A stretch of 59,983 nucleotides of DNA, from the NCBI GenBank assembly GCA_036385755.1, contig DASVJU010000202.1:1-59983 (forward strand). Reading direction: 5' to 3'. The position numbers and the translations under genes are program-made. A model generated the notes under the pieces. That model was not told where the DNA came from. It did no database searches and worked only from the letters and a program-made list of their open reading frames with translations. This document shows, in pieces, positions 8,677-16,380 of the stretch (position 1 is its first letter; every line of letters starts with the position of its first letter). The stretch is from Thermoanaerobaculia bacterium (lineage in GTDB: Bacteria; Acidobacteriota; Thermoanaerobaculia; UBA5066).

Positions 8677-9573
8677 CTAGGACGCCTGCGTATACAGAAG
8701 GTCGAGGAGCTTTTTCTCGACCGCCCGGAACTCGGGCGCCGACTTCAGCTCGATGTTCCGGACCTTGAAGTATGGAACGTCCACGCGGTGCAGGAGACGC
8801 GCGGGGCGCGAGGACAGGATGTAGACGGTGTCCGCGAGGTAAACGGCCTCGGAGACGTCGTGGGTCACGAAGAGGATCGTCGGGTCCTCGGTGCGCGAGA
8901 CGTCGAGGAGGAGCCCCTGCATCCCCCAGCGCGTCTGCGGGTCGAGCGCCCCGAACGGTTCGTCCATCAGGATGACGCGAGGCCGGTTGATGAGCGTGCG
9001 TGCGATGGCCACGCGCTGTTTCATGCCGCCCGAGAGGTCCTTCGGATACCGGTCGGCGAAGTCCGCGAGGCCCACGGCCTTGAGGTACTTGTCCGATCTC
9101 TCACGGCGCTCGGCCGCGGACTCGCCATGGAGCCTCAGGCCGTATTCCACGTTGTCGCGGACGGTCAGCCATCCGAAAGACGTGTAGGCCTGAAAGACCA
9201 TCCCGCGGTCGCGGCCCACACCTACCACGGGCTGCCCGTCCAGGAGGATCTCTCCGTTCGTGGGCGGGAGGAGTCCCGCGACCGCCTTCAGGATCGTGGA
9301 CTTCCCGCAGCCCGAAGGTCCGAGGAACACGACCACCTCGCCCACACCGGGCTTGTCCTCGACGTCGAAGGAGACGTCGCGCACGGCCTCGGTGCCGTCG
9401 CCGTCGCGGTTGATGTAGGTGACCGACAGGTCCTTCACGCGCAGCTTCGGCGCCGCGCCTTTCAGGTCGGCGCGATAGCTGGGTTTCTTTCCGCCCGCGG
9501 GACCGACGTCGACGGCGACAGTGCCCGGCTCGCCCGTCTGGGGCGCCGGCTTCGGCGCGTCATCCTCCGTCAC
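8677..9573 (-). CDS. ABC transporter ATP-binding protein (NitT/TauT type)
   Basis: Track ORF 8677..10272 trimmed to GTG 9573 (VTEDDAPK...), which forms a GTGA overlap with the permease stop. Walker A GPSGCGKST, signature LSGGMKQRV, Walker B ILMDEPFGALD, H-loop THD. Confidence 0.85.
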   Translation of the reverse strand: MTEDDAPKPAPQTGEPGTVAVDVGPAGGKKPSYRADLKGAAPKLRVKDLSVTYINRDGDGTEAVRDVSFDVEDKPGVGEVVVFLGPSGCGKSTILKAVAGLLPPTNGEILLDGQPVVGVGRDRGMVFQAYTSFGWLTVRDNVEYGLRLHGESAAERRERSDKYLKAVGLADFADRYPKDLSGGMKQRVAIARTLINRPRVILMDEPFGALDPQTRWGMQGLLLDVSRTEDPTILFVTHDVSEAVYLADTVYILSSRPARLLHRVDVPYFKVRNIELKSAPEFRAVEKKLLDLLYTQAS

Positions 9574-10382
9574 GCCTCGACCTCCCGCCACCGGAAGAGG
9601 ATCCGCGAGACGGTGCGGATGATGAAGTCCGTCAGAAGGCCGATGCCGCCGATGACGAGGAGTCCCGCGAAAGACCACGAGGCCTTCTGGTGCGTCCGCG
9701 CGAGCTCCACCATGTAGCCGAGGCCGTGCTCCGGGTTCACGGCCTCGGCGAGGATCACGTACGTCCAGGAGATGGCGTTCATCACGCGGAAGGAGTCGAA
9801 GATCTCGGGGAGGGCGGACGGAAGCAGCACCGTGCGCACGACCTGTACGCGCGACGCGCCCAGCGTGAGCGCCGTTTGCACCAGCTCCTCGGGCACCGCG
9901 CGAATCGCCGTCACGACGACCGGCAGGAGATAGACGAAGACCCCGAGAAACAGGAACGCGATCTTCTGCTTTTCGTAGATCCCGAACCAGAGGATGAGGA
10001 GCGGGATGAAAGCCGAGATCGGCATGTACCGGAGCGGCGCCACGACCGGCTCGAAGAACCGGTTGATGGGCTCGAAGGCCCCCATCAGGATGCCGAGCGG
10101 CAGCGCAAGGGAAGAAGCCAGAAGAAACGACAGGAGAATTCTCTTGGTGGAAACGAGGACCGCGCTGCCGAGGTCGTACTGAAGAAAAAGCTGCAGCGTG
10201 CCCTTGACCACCTCCGTCGGAGAGGGCAGGAAATCGGGCGGCGCGAGGCCGCCATACGAGGCGACACACCATGCACCGAGGACGAGCGCCGGCGCGACGA
10301 GGCCGAGCACGAACGCCGTCGAGCGCGGCAGCGGGGCGCGGAGGGCGAAGAGATCGCCCCGGCGCCCCTTCTTGTCACTCAC
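9570..10382 (-). CDS. ABC transporter permease (NitT/TauT type)
   Basis: 270 aa. Multi-TM binding-protein-dependent transport permease layout. The GTG start shares 1 nt with the upstream TAG (10380-10384). Confidence 0.85.
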   Translation of the reverse strand: MSDKKGRRGDLFALRAPLPRSTAFVLGLVAPALVLGAWCVASYGGLAPPDFLPSPTEVVKGTLQLFLQYDLGSAVLVSTKRILLSFLLASSLALPLGILMGAFEPINRFFEPVVAPLRYMPISAFIPLLILWFGIYEKQKIAFLFLGVFVYLLPVVVTAIRAVPEELVQTALTLGASRVQVVRTVLLPSALPEIFDSFRVMNAISWTYVILAEAVNPEHGLGYMVELARTHQKASWSFAGLLVIGGIGLLTDFIIRTVSRILFRWREVEA

Positions 10383-12028
10383 TATTCACTCGCCAGCACC
10401 ACCTTGATGTCGGTCCTGCGGTTGAGCTGGCGGCCCGACTCCGTCGTATTCGGGGCCACGGGCTGCGTCGAGCCGCGCCCGATCGTCTGGAAGCGCTGCG
10501 GCGGGATGTTCGGGAAGTTCTTCAGGACGTAGTTCTTCACGGCCAGGGCGCGCCGCTCGGAAAGCGTCATGTTCGAGGTCGGGTTGCCCGTGGCGTCCGT
10601 ATTCCCTTCCACGCGGAGATACGTGTTCCCGAAGGACGTCATCGTCTCGCCGAGAGCGTCGAGGACGAAGTTGGAGCCCGGCATGATCTCGTCCGAGCCC
10701 GGCGTGAAGTGAATCTGGATCTGCTTGTTGAGAATGGCGCGATCCGAGGAGGACGGCGCCTTCGCCGCGATCTTCTGCTCTTCCACTTTCTGCTGCGGGT
10801 AATTCCCCGCGAGGGCCGCGAGGAAGCGCGTGTCGGCCCAGTCCTTCGCTTCGACCGGCCGCGTCACGAGCCCTTTCTTCCGCCAGATGACGAAGGCCGT
10901 GTCGAAGAGCGTCTCGTAATGAGCCTTCCCGCCTGAAATGCCATAGAACTGCGCGTTGTCGGCGTAGGGAGTGAGCTTCAGGCCCGAAAGCATTCCCGAG
11001 ACCGTGTCCGTGTCGAGTTTCAACGCCTTGGCGACGACGGCATACGCCGCGTTCGGGTCGGACTTGATCATCTCGATGCCGTCGAACCAGCCATGGATGA
11101 AGTCACGCAGCGTGTCGGGAGCGCGATCGATGAGATCCTGCCGCGCGCAGAGCGTGTCCGCGATGATGTTCGTCGCCGCCGTCGTCGAGACGAGGACGTG
11201 CGCCTCGTCGCCCCGCGCCGTCACGGCCGCGGAAAGGTCGGGCTCCCACGTCACGGCCGCGTCCACCTGCTTTGCCTTGAACATGGCCGCGGCGGCCGGC
11301 GCGTCCTGCGTGAAGATGATGTTCTTTTCGAGGGCCGCACGGTCGTCGGAGGAGAGACCCGACTGCGCGAGAAGGTAGAGCAACAGGAAATGCGAGGGCG
11401 TGAACTGGGTGCAGGAAATCTTGTGGCCTTTGAGGCCTTCGACGGACTTGATCGACGACAGGGACACGATGCCGTCCCCGCCGCGCGACCAGTCCTGCAT
11501 CACGATGGACTTCGCCTTCTGGTTCTGCTCAGCGAGGATGGAAGCCTCGCGCGCCCAGTTGTCGACCGTGTTCCACATGATGTCGACGTCGCCCTTGCGG
11601 AAAGCCGCGAGCTTGGCGGCAGGGTCTTCCAGGAGGACGAACTTCACGTCGAGCCCATAGGTCTGCTTGTAGCGCGAGGTCGCGCCGCTCTCCATGCCGT
11701 TTGCGGCCACGATGCCCGGCGCGTGGCCGGCCCAGGTGTTGATCGCCACGACCAGCGGCCGGTTGAGCTTCCCGGAGCCGACGAGCGCCGCGCCCGACAC
11801 GCCCGCCGCGCCCTTGCCGCGTTCCGGGTCGGGCGGGGCGCTCCGGAGCGCGTTGAAGTCGTCGGATGAGACGGCGTTTCCGGACTTTGCTGCCGCTGTC
11901 CCGGCCGCGGTCTTGTCCGCGCCCGCCCACTTGCTGATGTCTCCGCCCTTGTAATGCCACAGGGCGTAGCCGATGACGCCGAGGATGACGACCGTGATGA
12001 AGAACTTGGCGAAAGGAGTGAGTTTCAT
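10382..12028 (-). CDS. TM-anchored ABC substrate-binding domain fused to a C-terminal OmpA-like peptidoglycan-binding domain
   Basis: 548 aa. N-terminal TM FAKFFITVVILGVIGYALW, a central NMT1/SsuA-like periplasmic binding region, and a C-terminal OmpA/MotB signature (LRVEGNTDATGNPTSNMTLSERRALAVKNYV...NRRTDIKV). Confidence 0.85.
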   Translation of the reverse strand: MKLTPFAKFFITVVILGVIGYALWHYKGGDISKWAGADKTAAGTAAAKSGNAVSSDDFNALRSAPPDPERGKGAAGVSGAALVGSGKLNRPLVVAINTWAGHAPGIVAANGMESGATSRYKQTYGLDVKFVLLEDPAAKLAAFRKGDVDIMWNTVDNWAREASILAEQNQKAKSIVMQDWSRGGDGIVSLSSIKSVEGLKGHKISCTQFTPSHFLLLYLLAQSGLSSDDRAALEKNIIFTQDAPAAAAMFKAKQVDAAVTWEPDLSAAVTARGDEAHVLVSTTAATNIIADTLCARQDLIDRAPDTLRDFIHGWFDGIEMIKSDPNAAYAVVAKALKLDTDTVSGMLSGLKLTPYADNAQFYGISGGKAHYETLFDTAFVIWRKKGLVTRPVEAKDWADTRFLAALAGNYPQQKVEEQKIAAKAPSSSDRAILNKQIQIHFTPGSDEIMPGSNFVLDALGETMTSFGNTYLRVEGNTDATGNPTSNMTLSERRALAVKNYVLKNFPNIPPQRFQTIGRGSTQPVAPNTTESGRQLNRRTDIKVVLASE

Positions 12029-12040
12029 GTTTCCTGTTCC

Positions 12041-12754
12041 TTACATGGTCTTCTGGGGTTGGGCCGCCTGCTGGGCGGCTTTTTTTGCCTTCAGCTCGGC
12101 GAGCTGCTGCTTCGCCTGGACGTCACCGGCCTGCGTCTTGAGGGCCGCGAGACGCGCGTCGAGCGAGCTTCCCGACAGTTCCTGCCCGAGGTTCGCCTCG
12201 GCGATCGTGTTCTTGATGTGCTCGCGCACGTTGTCGAGCGCCTTCACGTCGGCATCCACCGAGAGGCCGTCGAGCTGTTCCTGGATCCGGAGCCGCGCCT
12301 GCGCCGACATCATCCGCGCGAGCATGACGTCGCGCTCGGCCTTCAGCTTTCTGATCTCGCCCTGCACGTTGAGGAGCGACTGCTTCGCCGCGTCGGCGTC
12401 TTTGCTTGCCGTCCCGAGATCGCCCTGCAGCTCGGCAGCCTCGGCCGTGAGCGAGTTCTTCCGCTGGATGAGGACGACGGCCAGGTCGTCCTGGTTCGTC
12501 TCGACCGCGGCGTTCAGCTCGAGCTCGGTCTGCGCGAGATCCTTCGTGGACTTCTTCAGCCGCTCGTCGATGTCCTCGCGCCGACGGATGATGGCCGCGG
12601 TGGCGGATTTCAGCTTCGCGTACTTCTCCACCATGGAGTTGATGGCGTTCTCGTAGGCGATCTCCGGATGCTCCTTTTCGATGTCCGAGATCCAGATGGA
12701 CAGGAAACCCCGCCAGAGATTGCCGAGACGCTGAAAAAGACCGATTCCCGCCAT
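12041..12754 (-). CDS. pspA: PspA/IM30/Vipp1 family protein (ESCRT-III fold)
   Basis: Track ORF trimmed to ATG 12754, preceded by AAGGAAAGGA 6 nt upstream. 237 aa, all-helical. N-terminal amphipathic helix [19 protein letters not shown] and a heptad-rich body typical of PspA/IM30. Confidence 0.9.
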   Translation of the reverse strand: MAGIGLFQRLGNLWRGFLSIWISDIEKEHPEIAYENAINSMVEKYAKLKSATAAIIRRREDIDERLKKSTKDLAQTELELNAAVETNQDDLAVVLIQRKNSLTAEAAELQGDLGTASKDADAAKQSLLNVQGEIRKLKAERDVMLARMMSAQARLRIQEQLDGLSVDADVKALDNVREHIKNTIAEANLGQELSGSSLDARLAALKTQAGDVQAKQQLAELKAKKAAQQAAQPQKTM

Positions 12755-12770
12755 GTGATGTCCTTTCCTT

Positions 12771-13394
12771 TTACGGGCCCTGTGGCTCGACGAGCTTCGG
12801 CGAGTCGCGGACGACGCGCGCCACCTTCTCCTGCCCGAAGAACTCCAGGACCCTCTGGATTCCGAGTTTCTTTTCATTGCAGGCCTGGACGACCGCGAGC
12901 TGTTCCGCCGTCCGGCGCTCCATGACCGACTTGATCCGCCGGATTTCTTCCTCGAACTGCGTGATCCGCTTCTCCGACTCCTCGTGCACGTTCTGTGTGT
13001 CGGCGGCGCCCGCGCGGATATAGGCCTCGAGAGCCTGGATCTCCTGCACCGCCGCCTCGATGATCTTGTCGACCGGGACTCCGAAGGCCTTCAGCGAAGC
13101 CTCGACGATCTGCTTCTTCACCGCCGCGTCGGTCCCGGCGGGAAGGGCTTCGAGGAGCTCGGCGGCCTTTCCCACGCGGCCCTGCTCCTCGACGTCGATA
13201 CCCGCGGCTTCGTAGACCTTCGGGAAGTCCACGCGCCCTCCCGGCGCGGCCGGGGGCGCCGTGACGAAAGCGGGAGGCTCGGGCGCGGCCGGCGGGACGG
13301 CCTCGTCCGGAGAGGGCGCGGGAGCCGCCGTGTCGTCCTCCTGGACGACAAACCACCCCATCACGGTGGAACCCCAACTCTTCCTGTCGCTCAT
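12771..13394 (-). CDS. hypothetical protein (PspA-adjacent; hydrophobic N-tip, P/A linker, helical C-domain)
   Basis: Track ORF trimmed to ATG 13394 ([17 protein letters not shown]...). An alternative ATG lies 33 nt downstream. No family recognised. Lies 16 nt upstream of pspA. Confidence 0.6.
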   Translation of the reverse strand: MSDRKSWGSTVMGWFVVQEDDTAAPAPSPDEAVPPAAPEPPAFVTAPPAAPGGRVDFPKVYEAAGIDVEEQGRVGKAAELLEALPAGTDAAVKKQIVEASLKAFGVPVDKIIEAAVQEIQALEAYIRAGAADTQNVHEESEKRITQFEEEIRRIKSVMERRTAEQLAVVQACNEKKLGIQRVLEFFGQEKVARVVRDSPKLVEPQGP

Positions 13395-13404
13395 GGAGCG
13401 GCAA

Positions 13405-13433
13405 ATCTTATCAAGCCGATCCGGGGGGCACAA
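13405..13433 (-). promoter_or_regulatory. candidate sigma70-like promoter for the pspA-containing array
   Basis: On the minus strand: TTGTGC (13433-13428), 17 nt spacer, TAAGAT (13410-13405), about 11 nt before ATG 13394. It sits in the only intergenic gap of 60 nt or more at the head of the array. Weak match. Confidence 0.25.
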
Positions 13434-13454
13434 AAAGGGAGGCGAAGGGTCAGT

Positions 13455-14249
13455 CTAGAGAGCGTGGGAGAGCGATGGATCGTGGAAGAGGCGATCGCGG
13501 AAGGCCCGGATCCGCACGAGCATTTCGGGGGGCTGGGCGCAGGGCATCCCGTCGAGCGAGAGGATCGGCGCCGCCGTCGTGAGGGAACCGAGAAGGACGC
13601 CCCCCTCCCGAAGATGCTCCCCGCCGATCGGGGCGACGGAGGCATGCCCTTCGAAGAAGGCGGCGGCCGTCACGCTCGGGAGGACGCCCTCCGGCGCGAG
13701 GACGGGCGTGCCTCCGTTCCACGCGGCGAGGCCTGTCGTCGTGCCCTCGAGGTATCGCCCGTCGTGGCCCCGGAAGAGGCCCTCGTCGGCGCCCGCCTTT
13801 TTTGCGAGACGCCCGCCCTGGATCGCGGCGAAGTAGCTCGTGGACTTCACCGCGGGCGTGTCGCGCTGGAGGTCGAGCGGGAGCGACACCGCACGCGAGC
13901 CGTCCCGGCGCGCGAGGCGGCTCTCGGGGATGGGGATCACGTATGCGTCGAGGCGCCACGACGCCGGATCCTCCACGTCCTCTCTCGCGGCGAGCCAGGT
14001 GAGGCGCAGGCCCGACTGGGTGTCGGCCCTCGGCGCGAGGCCGTCGACCGCCTTCCTTGCCGCCGCCTCCATCGTGTCGCGCGAAGGCGCGGGCAGCTCG
14101 AGTCTCTTGAGGCCCCGGAGGAGGCGGTCGACGTGCGGATCCCACAGGATCGCGCGCCGGCCGGCGAGAAGCGCGGTCTCGAAGAATCCGAAGCCGCGCT
14201 GCACCGCGGGCGAAAGAAACGGAACGGGGGCGTATTCAACGGCCATCAT
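13455..14249 (-). CDS. pabC: aminodeoxychorismate lyase / class IV aminotransferase family
   Basis: 264 aa. Fold-type IV layout (GFGFFETALL..., EGTTTGLAAWNGG). Overlaps the pabB stop by 14 nt. Confidence 0.7.
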   Translation of the reverse strand: MMAVEYAPVPFLSPAVQRGFGFFETALLAGRRAILWDPHVDRLLRGLKRLELPAPSRDTMEAAARKAVDGLAPRADTQSGLRLTWLAAREDVEDPASWRLDAYVIPIPESRLARRDGSRAVSLPLDLQRDTPAVKSTSYFAAIQGGRLAKKAGADEGLFRGHDGRYLEGTTTGLAAWNGGTPVLAPEGVLPSVTAAAFFEGHASVAPIGGEHLREGGVLLGSLTTAAPILSLDGMPCAQPPEMLVRIRAFRDRLFHDPSLSHAL

Positions 14250-15450
14250 TCACCTTCCCGGCGGCGAGCGCCGCCATGGCTGCGCCGAACTCCCGCGACT
14301 TCGATTCCATCTCGCTCCATTCGGCATCGGGCTGCGAGTCCCACACGATTCCGCCTCCGGCGTGGTAGTCCACTGTATCCCGGCCGACGAGCGCCGTGCG
14401 GATCGCCACGTTGAAGACGGCACGGCCGTCGCCGCGCACGAATCCGGCCACGCCGCAATAGGCACCGCGCGCGACGGGCTCGAGGTCGTGGATGAACCGA
14501 AGAGCCGCCCGCTTCGGCGCGCCCGTGATCGAGCCTCCGGGCAGCGTCGCGCGCAGGACGTCGGCGAGGCCCGTGCCGGGGCGGAGTCGGGCTTGCACGG
14601 CCGACTCGAGGTGATGGAGATGGCGGAACGATCGAAGCGCGCGGAGCGCCGTCGTCTCGACGGTCCCCGGTTCCGCCACCTTCCCGAGGTCGTTCCTCAG
14701 GAGGTCCACGATCATCACGTTTTCGGCGGCGTCTTTCGGGGAGCAGAGCAGGTCCGCGCGGCGGCGTGCGTCTCCTTCTTCGTCGGATGCGCGCGCGATC
14801 GTGCCCTTGATCGGCTTCGTGACGACACGCCGCGCCGCGAGATCGACGTCGAGGAAGAGCTCCGGAGAGTTCGACACGACGGCCCAGTCTCCCCCGCCGT
14901 CGGCGAGGGTCACCGCGAACGGCACGGGATTGTCGGTGTAGAGCGCGTCCGCGAGAGCGAAGGGGTCGACGCGCGACGCAAAACGCGTGCGGCGCGAGAG
15001 ATTGACCTGGTAGACGTCGCCGCGGGCGATGGCGTCACGGATGGCCTCCACGCCGCTTCCCCACCCGCTCGAAGAGAGCGACTGCTCCGCAGTCGCCGGT
15101 TCTTTGAAGGTGAAGAGAGAAGACGCTGCGGGCTGGCGTCGCGCGGCGACCGCAGCGGCTCCTCGGCGGGTGTCGAAGACGGAGAAATCCGCGAAAGGTA
15201 GAAATTCATGCTCGCGCACGAGGGACGTCGACCCTTCGAGGTAGACGCCCGCTTCGTAAGAGATGAATCCCGCGGCCAGCAGATTTGGGTTGCCGCTCGC
15301 GGCGATCTCGTCGAGAGCAGCGAGAACGCCGGACAACTGCTCCGGCCTCTCGGCGCATATTCTCTTCTCTTCACCCTCTAAGAAAATCTTCCCTCTTCTC
15401 TTTCCTCCCAGTCCCCAACCGTCCCCCCCGAATAAGACTTTCATCGGCAT
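14236..15450 (-). CDS. pabB: aminodeoxychorismate synthase component I (short form)
   Basis: 404 aa. Chorismate-binding core with PIKGT (the Lys is diagnostic for PabB versus TrpE PIAGT), plus SPKDAAENVMIVDLLRNDL, GGSITGAPK and GGGIVWDS. The N-terminal ~30 aa are encoded by a repeat copy. Confidence 0.85.
   Translation of the reverse strand: MPMKVLFGGDGWGLGGKRRGKIFLEGEEKRICAERPEQLSGVLAALDEIAASGNPNLLAAGFISYEAGVYLEGSTSLVREHEFLPFADFSVFDTRRGAAAVAARRQPAASSLFTFKEPATAEQSLSSSGWGSGVEAIRDAIARGDVYQVNLSRRTRFASRVDPFALADALYTDNPVPFAVTLADGGGDWAVVSNSPELFLDVDLAARRVVTKPIKGTIARASDEEGDARRRADLLCSPKDAAENVMIVDLLRNDLGKVAEPGTVETTALRALRSFRHLHHLESAVQARLRPGTGLADVLRATLPGGSITGAPKRAALRFIHDLEPVARGAYCGVAGFVRGDGRAVFNVAIRTALVGRDTVDYHAGGGIVWDSQPDAEWSEMESKSREFGAAMAALAAGKVNDGR
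15357..15409 (-). repeat. GA-arm / TTTC-N3-GAAA element, solo copy in the pabB 5' region
   Basis: The minus strand reads GGGAGGAAAGAGAAGAGGGAAGATTTTCTTAGAGGGTGAAGAGAAGAGAAT. It is translated in frame as GGKRRGKIFLEGEEKRI. Confidence 0.7.
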
Positions 15451-15460
15451 CGTCTAGTCT

Positions 15461-15895
15461 ATGGGGATCGTGCGCGACCCACACCCCGCCGTCGAGACGC
15501 CCATTCAGGTGCGCTACGCCGAGACCGACGCCCAGCGCGTCGTGTACCACGGCAACTACATCATCTGGTTCGAGGTCGCGCGCACGGCGTTCTGCGAACG
15601 CGCCGGGTACCCCTACCCGCGGATGGAGGCAGAGGGCTCCTTCATCACCGTCACCGAGGTGCATGTGCGGTATCGCCGCTCGGTGCGCTACGGCGACACG
15701 GTGGTGGTGCGGGCGCGGATGACCGCGCTGAAGAGCCGCGGATGCACCTTCGCCTACGAGGTCGTCCTGCCGGACGGCCAGCTCGCGGCCGAGGGCGAAA
15801 CGCAGCACCTCTTCCTCGACGACGCCGGCAAGCCGCGCACCGTTCCCGAGGCGATCGCGGACGCGTTTCGCTCGTTCGGCGGGCTTTCCGCCTAG
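15461..15895 (+). CDS. acyl-CoA thioesterase, 4HBT/YbgC-like hotdog fold
   Basis: 144 aa. VRYAETDAQRVVYHGNYIIWFEVARTAF matches the YbgC/4HBT catalytic Asp motif. Confidence 0.85.
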   Translation: MGIVRDPHPAVETPIQVRYAETDAQRVVYHGNYIIWFEVARTAFCERAGYPYPRMEAEGSFITVTEVHVRYRRSVRYGDTVVVRARMTALKSRGCTFAYEVVLPDGQLAAEGETQHLFLDDAGKPRTVPEAIADAFRSFGGLSA

Positions 15896-16380
15896 CCGCC
15901 GTTCGGGATCTTCTTCGAGAGGGCGCGCTGGACGAGGGCCGGAACGAGGCCCGCCACGTCTCCGCCGAGCTGATGGACCTGTTTGACGAGGCGGCTCGAC
16001 GTGTAGGAAAGCTCCTCCTTGGGCGTGAGGAACAGCGTCTCGATCTCCGGACCCAGGCGGCGGTTCATGAGGGCCATCTGGAACTCGTGCTCGAAGTCCG
16101 AGACGACGCGCAGCCCGCGCACGACGATGCGCGCTTTTTCCTTTCGCATGAACTTCACGAGGAGGCCCCTGAAGGATTTCACCTCGACCTTCGGCTCGCG
16201 CCGGAAGATCGCGCGAATCATGTGGAGCCGCTCCTCCACGGTGAAGAGGGGGGATTTGTCCGTGTTGATGAGGACCGCGATGAGCACCCGGTCGAAAAGG
16301 TGGCAGCCTCTCCGGATCAGGTCGACATGGCCGTTCGTCATGGGGTCGAACGTGCCCGGATAGACGGCGGTGCGCTTCAC
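15892..16380 (-). CDS. coaD: phosphopantetheine adenylyltransferase
   Basis: Track ORF 15892..17565 trimmed to GTG 16380 (GTGA overlap). VKRTAVYPGTFDPMTNGHVDLIRR carries the (T/H)xGH nucleotidyltransferase motif. 162 aa. Confidence 0.9.
   Translation of the reverse strand: MKRTAVYPGTFDPMTNGHVDLIRRGCHLFDRVLIAVLINTDKSPLFTVEERLHMIRAIFRREPKVEVKSFRGLLVKFMRKEKARIVVRGLRVVSDFEHEFQMALMNRRLGPEIETLFLTPKEELSYTSSRLVKQVHQLGGDVAGLVPALVQRALSKKIPNGG

Noticed and set aside
10107-10158. A possible additional repeat copy in the ABC permease gene (GCAAGGGAAGAAGCCAGAAGAAACGACAGGAGAATTCTCTTGGTGGAAACGAGG).
   Set aside because: It has a GA-rich arm and a TTC..G core-like stretch, but only about 60 percent identity to the consensus. 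It also encodes a plausible native TM segment (STKRILLSFLLASSLALP). That is too diverged to call without genome-wide statistics.
12755-13454. A sigma54 (-24 GG / -12 GC) promoter or PspF-type control upstream of pspA.
   Set aside because: No TGGCAC-N5-TTGC-like spacing was found in 12755-12770 or 13395-13454, and no PspF-like activator gene is in the window. Only a weak sigma70-like candidate is reported.
15251-15270. A partner arm for the pabB solo copy (GCTTCGTAAGAGATGAATCC).
   Set aside because: It encodes the strongly conserved GFISYEAG motif of chorismate-utilising enzymes, and the similarity is short, so it could be coincidence. It is mentioned only as a possibility in the findings.
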